Made by a program: the position numbers and the translations under genes
In this document: positions 1 to 7,370 of the stretch, piece after piece
How the letters are laid out: each line of letters begins with the position of its first letter
Position numbering within the stretch: the first letter of the stretch is position 1
Virus record (IMG/VR): IMGVR_UViG_3300045988_003641
Coordinates: 1 to 64,000 of that record
Origin: a virus
Lineage: Duplodnaviria > Heunggongvirae > Uroviricota > Caudoviricetes
Length of the DNA: 64,000 nt
Strand: one strand, 5' to 3'
Notes under the pieces: model-generated
The model's input: only the letters and a program-made list of their open reading frames with translations
Databases searched by the model: none
Told to the model about the DNA's origin: nothing

Positions 1-63
1 GCAGAAGACGGCATACGAGATGTAGCTCCGTCTCGTGGGCTCGGAGATGTGTATAAGAGACAG
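1..63. other. Illumina Nextera-type sequencing adapter (P7 flow-cell segment + 8-nt index GTAGCTCC + transposase mosaic end); not biological
   Basis: Matches GCAGAAGACGGCATACGAGAT-[index]-GTCTCGTGGGCTCGGAGATGTGTATAAGAGACAG from memory of the Nextera i7 adapter. Confidence 0.9.
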
Positions 64-188
64 CCCCAAAAGTCAAGAGAAAAATTTGTAGCGGATTGAA
101 AAATAATTCTTGATTTGCGTTCTGTTTTGTGGTAGTCGTGCGCACCCGTTTCATTACAGTTTTGCCAAAAATATTTTTAAAATTTTTA

Positions 189-248
189 TTGACTCTTTGA
201 ACGTGGTTATCTAATATTTACATCAACGGGGAGGGAATGACCTTCCCC
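189..248 (+). promoter_or_regulatory. Early cassette type A: sigma70-like promoter (TTGACT-17-TAATAT) + GGGGAGGG/CCTTCCCC hairpin + conserved leader
   Basis: -35 at 189-194, 17-nt spacer, -10 at 212-217; hairpin 228-248; leader CACTAAATAAA..CCTAAACTGGAGATTCAAAAATG. Confidence 0.7.
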
Positions 249-280
249 ACTAAATAAAATCCTAAACTGGAGATTCAAAA

Positions 281-469
281 ATGGCATCAAGAAAAATTAA
301 AGTTGGCGATGAGGTTAACATTAAGCACGAATACTCTTACAAAATGCTAACTATACGCTCTTATAAGGTTTATCAGGTGGAAGCTATCCACAAAGATAAT
401 ACTTTTTCCTTAAAAGGGTATAGCGAACGTTTCCCTGCTGAACTCTTTGAGAAATGGAGCGTGAAATAA
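281..469 (+). CDS. hypothetical early protein
   Basis: ORF 62 aa behind cassette leader/RBS GGAGATTCAAAAATG. Confidence 0.6.
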   Translation: MASRKIKVGDEVNIKHEYSYKMLTIRSYKVYQVEAIHKDNTFSLKGYSERFPAELFEKWSVK

Positions 470-675
470 TGCTTTACAGTCGTGAATTGATGGTTACAAC
501 TAACGTTAACACAAATGCAAAACGTTTTTACATGCAAATTTGTGGCGTATGGTCTAGAATATCAGAAGCTGACTATTGCAACTATGTAGAAACAGCTATA
601 AACTCTAATTGCTACCTTACAAGAAATACTAAAAAATTTACGAGACAGACAGCAATTTACTACTACGATAAATAA
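469..675 (+). CDS. hypothetical early protein
   Basis: ORF; start probably ATG 469 overlapping upstream stop (TAATG), GGAG 9 nt upstream; track start 454. Confidence 0.5.
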   Translation: MLYSRELMVTTNVNTNAKRFYMQICGVWSRISEADYCNYVETAINSNCYLTRNTKKFTRQTAIYYYDK

Positions 676-682
676 AAAGTAC

Positions 683-718
683 TTTACAAGGGGCTTATAG
701 TTCGATAAAGTAAGCCCC
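683..718 (+). promoter_or_regulatory. Early cassette type B: TTTACA-17-TAAAGT promoter-like element with GGGGCTTA/TAAGCCCC hairpin
   Basis: Recurring about 50-bp element; 8-bp stem; no T-tract so not a simple terminator. Confidence 0.55.
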
Positions 719-765
719 AGATAAAGAGCTTTACCAAATTAACCCTTAAACTAGGAGATTCAAAA

Positions 766-1149
766 ATGGCATATCGTGCACCTAAATTCATCAACAAAGA
801 CAACTTTCGCAACACACTGGAGAAGTCACTTGATGAAAATTTTAAAGGTAACATTATCGTTGTTCACGCATTCAATTTTAAGTATGATGTAAACGGGAAT
901 AGAATCAACCATTACACGGCAACCATGTTAGATGGTACACTTTCAAGTGAAAAAGCCGTACTAAATGCACTGGCAGGACGTGGAAAGGTATTAGTAAGAT
1001 GTGATAAGAGACGTTATCAGGGCGGTGCATATGGTTATGATGATGCTGTTTACCATCTTGAAAATATGGGCTATCAAGTAGAAAAAGCTGGAGCATCACA
1101 AATCATCGGCAGTGATGGTTATGTAACTATCTTCAAAATTAACAAATAA
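766..1149 (+). CDS. hypothetical early protein
   Basis: ORF 127 aa behind cassette leader. Confidence 0.6.
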   Translation: MAYRAPKFINKDNFRNTLEKSLDENFKGNIIVVHAFNFKYDVNGNRINHYTATMLDGTLSSEKAVLNALAGRGKVLVRCDKRRYQGGAYGYDDAVYHLENMGYQVEKAGASQIIGSDGYVTIFKINK

Positions 1150-1154
1150 AGTAC

Positions 1155-1190
1155 TTTACAAGGGGCTTATAGTTCGATAAAGTAAGCCCC
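1155..1190 (+). promoter_or_regulatory. Early cassette type B
   Basis: Near-identical copy of the 683-718 element. Confidence 0.55.
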
Positions 1191-1220
1191 AGATAAAAAG
1201 CTTTACTACTCAATCCTAAA

Positions 1221-1529
1221 TTGGAGAACTTAAAAATGGCTATTATCAAAAACGTTGTAATTACTGCAAAGACTCGTGATGACGCTCGCGTTATGGCTAA
1301 AAAGTTATGCGGTAAAGTGGTTGACAACGGAAAACAATCTGCTGTAAGGTGGGGTGTGAAGGTTGATAAACAGTTGAAGTTAAAAAATTCACCGATAAAC
1401 CTTTTTACATGTGTAAACACTATCGGGAAGACAAATGTATACACGAAAAAGGCATACATTAGACGCGTAGCATTAACATCCCCCATTCGTACAATGAGAA
1501 GTTATGCAAAGCTGAAAATTAACAAATAA
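1221..1529 (+). CDS. hypothetical early protein
   Basis: ORF 102 aa behind cassette leader. Confidence 0.6.
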   Translation: MENLKMAIIKNVVITAKTRDDARVMAKKLCGKVVDNGKQSAVRWGVKVDKQLKLKNSPINLFTCVNTIGKTNVYTKKAYIRRVALTSPIRTMRSYAKLKINK

Positions 1530-1534
1530 AGTAC

Positions 1535-1570
1535 TTTACAGGGGGCTTAAAAGCTGATACCTTAAGCCCC
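1535..1570 (+). promoter_or_regulatory. Early cassette type B (variant stem GGGGCTTAA/TTAAGCCCC)
   Basis: Covarying stem, same flanks. Confidence 0.5.
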
Positions 1571-1614
1571 AGATAAAGAGCTTTACCACTAAATCCTAAA
1601 CTGGAGATTCAAAA

Positions 1615-2127
1615 ATGAAAACTGTAGACGCTACCTTTGAAGTTGTAAAAGAAAAATTCACTATTATTTATGAAGCTGTCAATTGCTTTGAAGCAAGCCA
1701 TAATCTTGATAATTGGGAATTTACAGATGACCATCAAGGCGGTGTGACGATTAAAAATCCTAACTGTCAGCGTAATGAATTTAAATATGCAATCCCTTTA
1801 CATTACAGCCTTAAACAGCTTTCAAGTGACTATGCAAAACAAGGCCGGGCAAATCCATCAAAAGAGGCTTACATCAGCTTACAGAAAGAACTAGAAAGAG
1901 ATTTAGAGGCTTCAGAATATAACATTGCCGCGAAAGTTGTAGATGCAAATGGCAGCACTGTTTTAGAAAGTTTTTATATTGGTTACGCTTTCGATTGGTG
2001 CTACAGTGACGGCGATGATTTAGAGGATAGACTAAAAGAAGAGGTGAACAACGCAGACGCAGAATCTGAAGTATTAGAACGTTTGGAATCGTTGAAAGAC
2101 TCAGTGATGAATATCTTTAAGAACTAA
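1615..2127 (+). CDS. hypothetical early protein (acidic C-terminus)
   Basis: ORF 170 aa behind cassette leader. Confidence 0.6.
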   Translation: MKTVDATFEVVKEKFTIIYEAVNCFEASHNLDNWEFTDDHQGGVTIKNPNCQRNEFKYAIPLHYSLKQLSSDYAKQGRANPSKEAYISLQKELERDLEASEYNIAAKVVDANGSTVLESFYIGYAFDWCYSDGDDLEDRLKEEVNNADAESEVLERLESLKDSVMNIFKN

Positions 2128-2136
2128 ATAGATTCC

Positions 2137-2170
2137 TTTACACGGGGTTATCAAGCTGGTAGGATAGCCC
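2137..2170 (+). promoter_or_regulatory. Early cassette type B (variant)
   Basis: TTTACA + GGGGTTATC/GATAGCCCC hairpin + AGATAAAGAG flank. Confidence 0.45.
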
Positions 2171-2219
2171 CAGATAAAGAGATTTATCAAATAAAGCCCT
2201 TAAACTAGGAGATTCTAAA

Positions 2220-2516
2220 ATGAAATTATCAAATAAAGTCCGTGAAAATTTAAGCAAGTTACTTAATAAAATTGATTTCATTGAAACATCAAGAAATAGT
2301 CATGATGTTATGGAATGGTTACACGGAAAAATCAAAGGCCGTCGTGTAGTGATTTGCTTATGGAACAGTTGCAGGGAGTATAAAAAACCTGTATTGCAAG
2401 TCAATATTTATGATGATACTTTTAAAAGTCCTGTAAAATCTAAAAGCGATTTATTAGAATCCTATGAGATAACTGTAAATGGCAAAGTATCACGTAAAGA
2501 GGAAACACCATGTTAA
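2220..2516 (+). CDS. hypothetical early protein
   Basis: ORF 98 aa behind cassette leader. Confidence 0.6.
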   Translation: MKLSNKVRENLSKLLNKIDFIETSRNSHDVMEWLHGKIKGRRVVICLWNSCREYKKPVLQVNIYDDTFKSPVKSKSDLLESYEITVNGKVSRKEETPC

Positions 2517-2842
2517 TGACTGGTATCACTGCAATCATTGCCATTTTCGCTCTATATAAGGCATATAAAGCCTATAATCTAGCAAATAAGGCAACCACCC
2601 AGCAGGTTAGCAATAGCCTTGTAGAAAGCTTTCTAGGGCGTTTAAGTGATGAGCAAATAAAGCGGCTAGAGATGAGCTTCAGATATAAAGCGAAAACCTA
2701 TCAGATAAGTGACATCTTCAAAGATAATTTTCAGTTAGTGGATGATTATAATTCTCTGATAAATGCTTTAAATGTCAGTGACTTAAAAGACTACTACGCT
2801 GTAATTGTTCAAGAATTGAGCAAACGAAAACAAAACTGTTGA
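2510..2842 (+). CDS. hypothetical early protein, N-terminal hydrophobic segment
   Basis: ORF 110 aa, start overlaps upstream stop (ATGTTAATG); likely TM helix ITAIIAIFALY. Confidence 0.55.
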   Translation: MLMTGITAIIAIFALYKAYKAYNLANKATTQQVSNSLVESFLGRLSDEQIKRLEMSFRYKAKTYQISDIFKDNFQLVDDYNSLINALNVSDLKDYYAVIVQELSKRKQNC

Positions 2843-2898
2843 CACTGGTTTTTAGATAGATTAAATTACACATCAACGGGGAGGGAATGACCTTCCCC
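2839..2898 (+). promoter_or_regulatory. Early cassette type A (TTGACA-17-TAAATT + hairpin)
   Basis: -35 2839-2844, -10 2862-2867, hairpin 2878-2898. Confidence 0.7.
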
Positions 2899-2932
2899 AC
2901 TAAATAAAGCCCTTAAACTAGGAGATTCAAAA

Positions 2933-3091
2933 ATGTTTTGTGCAGGTGATAAAGTTGTCTGGAATGATATAGATGACGGTTTATGTACGAAAGTTGTTGT
3001 TATCTTAGAAATTGATTATATCACTGGTGTTGCAACTGTAGCAGATAATGATATAATCTTTGATGTCTTAATTAGTGAACTGTCAAAATAA
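2933..3091 (+). CDS. small hypothetical early protein (52 aa), not in supplied ORF track
   Basis: ATG directly behind cassette leader CTAGGAGATTCAAAAATG; 52 sense codons to TAA. Confidence 0.5.
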   Translation: MFCAGDKVVWNDIDDGLCTKVVVILEIDYITGVATVADNDIIFDVLISELSK

Positions 3092-3117
3092 AATCCTTAA
3101 ACTAGGAGATTCTGAAA

Positions 3118-3390
3118 ATGTATACTACTAACAACGGTCGCACTTTAAACGTAACCCTGCGTCACTATGTGAATGGTGTGATGCACTTTGATGATTTACA
3201 AGCTGAGCAACACATCTTAAATTGGCAAGTTGCAGGACTCCAAAAAACTGCTACAGGATACGGGAAAAAGATTCCAACCAGTTGGAAAGTATACTACGCA
3301 GGACGTTTACGCAGAATTTATCAAGATGTGCAAAGCAATAGCGCATCGAGTTACATTATAGTAAAAGGCAAAAAACTGCATTTAATGTAA
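3118..3390 (+). CDS. hypothetical early protein
   Basis: ORF 90 aa behind leader CTAGGAGATTCTGAAAATG. Confidence 0.6.
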   Translation: MYTTNNGRTLNVTLRHYVNGVMHFDDLQAEQHILNWQVAGLQKTATGYGKKIPTSWKVYYAGRLRRIYQDVQSNSASSYIIVKGKKLHLM

Positions 3391-3395
3391 AGTAC

Positions 3396-3430
3396 TTTAC
3401 AAGGGGCTTATAGTTCGATAAAGTAAGCCC
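3396..3430 (+). promoter_or_regulatory. Early cassette type B
   Basis: Copy of the 683-718 element. Confidence 0.55.
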
Positions 3431-3461
3431 CAGATAAAGAGCTTTACTACTCAATCCTAAA

Positions 3462-3881
3462 TTGGAGAACTTAAAAATGGCTATTAATAACCGTGAATTA
3501 TCAATTTTAAAAGCACGTTTGACCGTTAACCGGATTAATGTTATCACGTCATCAGCACCAGATGAAACACTACAAAACATTATTGGGAAGATTCAAAGTG
3601 TTATCTTAGACGTTGAAAGCGTAAAAAACTCATTGACTGACGTTGCAGCAGGTATCACGCTAGATGGTGCACAACATGAAATGGCCGACATGTTAGGCAA
3701 ATCTAAGGTAATGAATAAAGAGTTAGATTTGAAAATGTTCCGATTTGCTGTTAAAGTGTGGTTATCTGTCGAGTATGATGCTAACTTTGCAATCGCTGAC
3801 TTTTTCGCCACTTGGTTGCAGCGTAATTTGGCAAATCACGATTTCCGTAATATCTGCGATGCAATTTATGCAGAACTATAA
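3462..3881 (+). CDS. hypothetical early protein
   Basis: ORF 139 aa behind cassette leader. Confidence 0.6.
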   Translation: MENLKMAINNRELSILKARLTVNRINVITSSAPDETLQNIIGKIQSVILDVESVKNSLTDVAAGITLDGAQHEMADMLGKSKVMNKELDLKMFRFAVKVWLSVEYDANFAIADFFATWLQRNLANHDFRNICDAIYAEL

Positions 3882-3891
3882 AAAATTTTTG

Positions 3892-3951
3892 TTGACACTG
3901 GTTTTTAGATAGATTAAATTACACATCAACGGGGAGGGAATGACCTTCCCC
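3892..3951 (+). promoter_or_regulatory. Early cassette type A
   Basis: TTGACA 3892-3897, TAAATT 3915-3920, hairpin 3931-3951. Confidence 0.7.
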
Positions 3952-3984
3952 ACTAAATAAAGTCCTAAACTGGAGATTCAAAAA

Positions 3985-4188
3985 ATGGCTATTATTAATG
4001 GTTTAACCATTGAAACTACACACATCAAAGATATCAAAGTTGGTGATATAGTCCTTTCCCACGGCGTAGAAAAAACTGTCACTGCAAAGGATATCAAAGA
4101 GGATTCTTTCATGGGTAGGACTCTCTTCGGTGATTCTTATTGCTTAGGCTATCTTGCAGTTTTAAAAGTTGTCAAAAATAACAAATAA
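3985..4188 (+). CDS. hypothetical early protein
   Basis: ORF 67 aa behind cassette leader. Confidence 0.55.
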   Translation: MAIINGLTIETTHIKDIKVGDIVLSHGVEKTVTAKDIKEDSFMGRTLFGDSYCLGYLAVLKVVKNNK

Positions 4189-4193
4189 AGTAC

Positions 4194-4229
4194 TTTACAA
4201 GGGGCTTAAAAGTTGATAACTTAAGCCCC
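4194..4229 (+). promoter_or_regulatory. Early cassette type B (variant stem)
   Basis: GGGGCTTAA/TTAAGCCCC hairpin with conserved flanks. Confidence 0.5.
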
Positions 4230-4274
4230 AGATAAAGAACTTTACCACTAAATCCTAAACTGGAGATTCTAAAA

Positions 4275-4451
4275 ATGATGAACTACTTTAACATTCCCGA
4301 TACCTGTAGATTATTGACACAAGAAGAAAATTTGGGTAAACCTTTCATTTACCACATGCCAGATAACACGGCAAAAACTTATAGTTACAATGTTAACCGT
4401 TTCACCGCATACGCTGCAAAGAACGGCTATAGGTTGGTTACTCAAAAGTAA
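4275..4451 (+). CDS. small hypothetical early protein (58 aa), not in supplied ORF track
   Basis: ATG behind leader CTGGAGATTCTAAAAATG; open to TAA at 4449-4451. Confidence 0.5.
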   Translation: MMNYFNIPDTCRLLTQEENLGKPFIYHMPDNTAKTYSYNVNRFTAYAAKNGYRLVTQK

Positions 4452-4527
4452 TGCTGGTTACAACTGCTGGCGAGATTCCTACAGTTGCAGTCAAACTAGT
4501 TTTCTCAAAGAAAGTTAAATAAAGCAC

Positions 4528-4562
4528 TTTACAAGGGGTTTATAGTTCGATAAAGTAAGCCC
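4528..4562 (+). promoter_or_regulatory. Early cassette type B
   Basis: GGGGTTTA/TAAGCCCC hairpin with conserved flanks. Confidence 0.5.
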
Positions 4563-4609
4563 CAGATAAAGAGCTTTACCACTCAATCCTTAAACTAGGA
4601 GATTCAAAA

Positions 4610-5152
4610 ATGAAATGTTATCACGGAACTACTCAAGAAAATTTCCTCAACCTGATTAATAACGGTGATAAACCATCAGGCGCATGGAATTGTTCGGATA
4701 TGGACGGCAATTTTTACGTGTATCCAGAAAATAAAATCTATGGCGACGATGATGAAGAGATAACATCGGAGGGCATTCAGCAAGCTCTAGGGAACGCCAC
4801 TATTACGGCGGCCTTCCAGATGAAAACCCAAAATATTGTTATCTTAGAACTCGATATTCCAGATGATGAGCTAAATGATGATTATTCTTGTGATAATATG
4901 TCGAGTGTAGCAAGTTTTACAGAGTACTTTGATGTAAACTGGATTAAAAAGGTCTATACAACAGAGTTTAACGCTATGTATTCGCCTTTTTGTCTTCCTT
5001 CACTGGATAACCCAAATATGAACTATCTTGATGAGACATTAGAACTACTTGCTAAAAGTGTTCAACAGTCGGACAGTATTCAGGTTTTTTGTGACATCAT
5101 AGATACACTGACAGGAAACATTGCAGAAGAGGATTTAAAGAGCTTTTTCTAA
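4610..5152 (+). CDS. hypothetical early protein (acidic)
   Basis: ORF 180 aa behind cassette leader. Confidence 0.6.
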   Translation: MKCYHGTTQENFLNLINNGDKPSGAWNCSDMDGNFYVYPENKIYGDDDEEITSEGIQQALGNATITAAFQMKTQNIVILELDIPDDELNDDYSCDNMSSVASFTEYFDVNWIKKVYTTEFNAMYSPFCLPSLDNPNMNYLDETLELLAKSVQQSDSIQVFCDIIDTLTGNIAEEDLKSFF

Positions 5153-5185
5153 AAACCTATGCAATCACCTTATAAACACTAATCA

Positions 5186-5204
5186 GCCCCTTGTAGGGGC
5201 TTTT
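5186..5204 (+). terminator. putative rho-independent terminator
   Basis: GCCCCT-tgt-AGGGGC hairpin followed by TTTT. Confidence 0.5.
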
Positions 5205-5218
5205 AGAGGGCTTAAATC

Positions 5219-5452
5219 ATGCTTACAACCATTTATCTCATCCTCTCAATTTGTAATGGCCATTCATGTGACTTTAAAGGGCTTGAAGAGTTTACAGGAA
5301 GTAAAGAAAATGCTATTCAAGTTTGCCAGATAGCAAGGCAAGACTATCCCGCCAGTGATGATATACAATGTTACTTTAAGACAGAAGATGACGACGGAAT
5401 CTATTTCGACAGTGTTGACGGTCAATATGAAATTATCATTGAAAAAGACTAG
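5219..5452 (+). CDS. hypothetical early protein
   Basis: ORF 77 aa with AGAGGG RBS. Confidence 0.5.
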   Translation: MLTTIYLILSICNGHSCDFKGLEEFTGSKENAIQVCQIARQDYPASDDIQCYFKTEDDDGIYFDSVDGQYEIIIEKD

Positions 5453-5509
5453 ACAAGCCTGATAAAAGTCTGTAAATTGTCAATCAACGGGGAGGGAATG
5501 ACCTTCCCC
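5450..5509 (+). promoter_or_regulatory. Early cassette type A (TAGACA-17-TAAATT + hairpin); promoter overlaps 3' end of upstream CDS
   Basis: -10 5473-5478, hairpin 5489-5509. Confidence 0.6.
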
Positions 5510-5543
5510 ACTAAATAAAACCCTTAAACTAGGAGATTCAAAA

Positions 5544-5885
5544 ATGGCTTATGTAACCGTAATTACCGATAAAGCTGGCGCATCTTGGTCAACTCAAGTA
5601 AGTGATAAGATGTCACCTATGCAGTGCCTAAAATACTTTGAACAGTGGAACAAAGGCGAGGACACAAGCCCCTTTCAAGTGATGCAGATTATCCATGTAG
5701 ATAACGAAGGGAATAAAACGGTTTTAAATAGTGAATACTACGCAAGCCGTTTTGAAACGAGAAGTAAAACAATGAAGCTTTTACGTGAATCCGGTTATGC
5801 CCATATCGCCGCGTTAATCTGGGATGACCTGCTAAAAAGTCAGCGTATCAGCTATGTAAAGCCTGAAAAAATATTCATCAGTTAA
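5544..5885 (+). CDS. hypothetical early protein
   Basis: ORF 113 aa behind cassette leader. Confidence 0.6.
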   Translation: MAYVTVITDKAGASWSTQVSDKMSPMQCLKYFEQWNKGEDTSPFQVMQIIHVDNEGNKTVLNSEYYASRFETRSKTMKLLRESGYAHIAALIWDDLLKSQRISYVKPEKIFIS

Positions 5886-5917
5886 TCAATAACTTACAAA
5901 AAACTTTTAAAAAAGTG

Positions 5918-5946
5918 TTGACAATACCCCTTGACATTGGTAACTT
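5918..5946 (+). promoter_or_regulatory. sigma70-like promoter with tandem TTGACA boxes
   Basis: AAAAAGTGTTGACA...TTGACA; -35 5918-5923, 17-nt spacer, -10 TAACTT 5941-5946. Confidence 0.45.
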
Positions 5947-6014
5947 TGTTCGAGGGGGCTTATCTAAAAGGGATTCACTTAAAAGATTCTTTATAGATAA
6001 GCTCAAAAAATTAC

Positions 6015-6073
6015 TTGCAATCAACTATCAAAACAAGTAAATTACTAATCAACGGGAAGGCAATAACCTCCCC
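6015..6073 (+). promoter_or_regulatory. Early cassette type A variant (TTGCAA-17-TAAATT + GGGAAGG/CCTCCCC hairpin)
   Basis: Covarying hairpin arms, same leader. Confidence 0.6.
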
Positions 6074-6105
6074 ACTAAATAAAGTCCTAAACTGGAGATT
6101 CTAAA

Positions 6106-6636
6106 ATGAACAAATTTCAAGCTATCAACTTCATTCGTTCAAATGCTGTAATGTCTAAGCCTGTAAAAGATACATACGAATTCCGTTGTAATGGGGTACA
6201 TTTCGCAACAATCACCAAATCAGAAAACGGGGCTTATTACGTTCATCGTCGTAATGTTTCCACTGTTGTAGTCTCTCACTTTATGCAAGCTGTAGCGGAA
6301 TTATTACCGTTATTCTTAGAGATTTACTTAGATGAGTGTAAAAACGTTCACAACCACGTTAAAAACCTTTTAAACGGTTATAAAATGGCTTATGAACGTT
6401 CTATCAAGTCCTTAAACAAGTTCTATAAAGCCCCTGAAAACTCTGTTGCTTCAGCCTATGGCGTAGGCGGTTGGACTGTTAGTCTCTTCGAAGTGGAAGA
6501 AATCGAGCTTTACGACCATCGACCTAACGGTTACTCTAAGACTCTCGGTGAAGGTTTAACGTTCAATATCAAGAACTTAGAAAAAACTTTAAAAGATATT
6601 GAAAAAGATATTGACGAGACAATAAAAAGTCTGTAA
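6106..6636 (+). CDS. hypothetical early protein
   Basis: ORF 176 aa behind cassette leader. Confidence 0.6.
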   Translation: MNKFQAINFIRSNAVMSKPVKDTYEFRCNGVHFATITKSENGAYYVHRRNVSTVVVSHFMQAVAELLPLFLEIYLDECKNVHNHVKNLLNGYKMAYERSIKSLNKFYKAPENSVASAYGVGGWTVSLFEVEEIELYDHRPNGYSKTLGEGLTFNIKNLEKTLKDIEKDIDETIKSL

Positions 6637-6670
6637 ATTGTCAATCAACGGGGAGGGAATGACCTTCCCC
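6611..6670 (+). promoter_or_regulatory. Early cassette type A (TTGACG-17-TAAATT + hairpin); overlaps 3' end of upstream CDS
   Basis: -35 6611-6616, -10 6634-6639, hairpin 6650-6670. Confidence 0.65.
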
Positions 6671-6702
6671 ACTAAATAAAGTCCTAAACTGGAGTTATCA
6701 AG

Positions 6703-6966
6703 ATGGAAAACGTAGAATTAACCACACTTTTACAAATTGCAACTGACAAAGAAGATGTAGCACTGTTTCACCGTATCGAAAGCGATTTATTCAATGGTGA
6801 AATCATCAAAGAGTCTTACGAAGTTGTCGGATTCAAAGATGGTAAAGCGTTTGGCTTTTTTGACCTCGACAAAGGCAACGCTGTCACAAAGTATGATGTC
6901 GTATCTTGTGAGATTCTTACAAAATACAACGAAAAAAGGCTTGCAACATACGCCAATATGCAGTAA
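6703..6966 (+). CDS. hypothetical early protein
   Basis: ORF 87 aa behind cassette leader. Confidence 0.6.
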   Translation: MENVELTTLLQIATDKEDVALFHRIESDLFNGEIIKESYEVVGFKDGKAFGFFDLDKGNAVTKYDVVSCEILTKYNEKRLATYANMQ

Positions 6967-6997
6967 ATTACTAATCAACGGGAGGCGATAACCTCCC
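6941..6997 (+). promoter_or_regulatory. Early cassette type A variant (TTGCAA-17-TAAATT + GGGAGG/CCTCCC hairpin)
   Basis: -35 6941-6946, -10 6964-6969, hairpin 6980-6997. Confidence 0.6.
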
Positions 6998-7032
6998 TAC
7001 TAAATAAAACCCTTAAACTAGGAGATTCAAAA

Positions 7033-7281
7033 ATGGCAACTATCCGCGCTACTGTCAATGCCTATGGCTGTTATACTCTGGACGTTAAATTCGATATTGG
7101 TGGAACTGATGAGTGTTTTTCATTAGTGAAGACAGTTATCAAACAAGTTATTCCAGATTATAACCCTACTGATGACTTCTGGAAAGATGCTGTAAAAGAG
7201 GCATTAAACGACGAGCATCACTATCATTACTGGGGTGACTTGATTGTTTCCCTGTACTACAATAAACAAGGTTACAACTAA
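7033..7281 (+). CDS. hypothetical early protein
   Basis: ORF 82 aa behind cassette leader; last gene of plus-strand early block. Confidence 0.6.
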   Translation: MATIRATVNAYGCYTLDVKFDIGGTDECFSLVKTVIKQVIPDYNPTDDFWKDAVKEALNDEHHYHYWGDLIVSLYYNKQGYN

Positions 7282-7320
7282 TCGACGCAACGGGGCTAAA
7301 TAGCCCCAGATACCTGAACA

Positions 7321-7370
7321 GCCCCTATTTAGTATGGATTCGATAGAATCTATCTCATAGGGGCTTTTTT
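7321..7370 (+). terminator. rho-independent terminator closing the early plus-strand block
   Basis: GCCCCTAT...ATAGGGGC stem followed by TTTTTT. Confidence 0.6.

Noticed and set aside
189-7000. Possible CRISPR array, given the regularly recurring repeats with hairpins
   Set aside because: The intervening segments are 150-550 bp protein-coding genes with RBS and start codons, the repeats contain promoter elements, and there are two repeat families rather than one; not a CRISPR architecture
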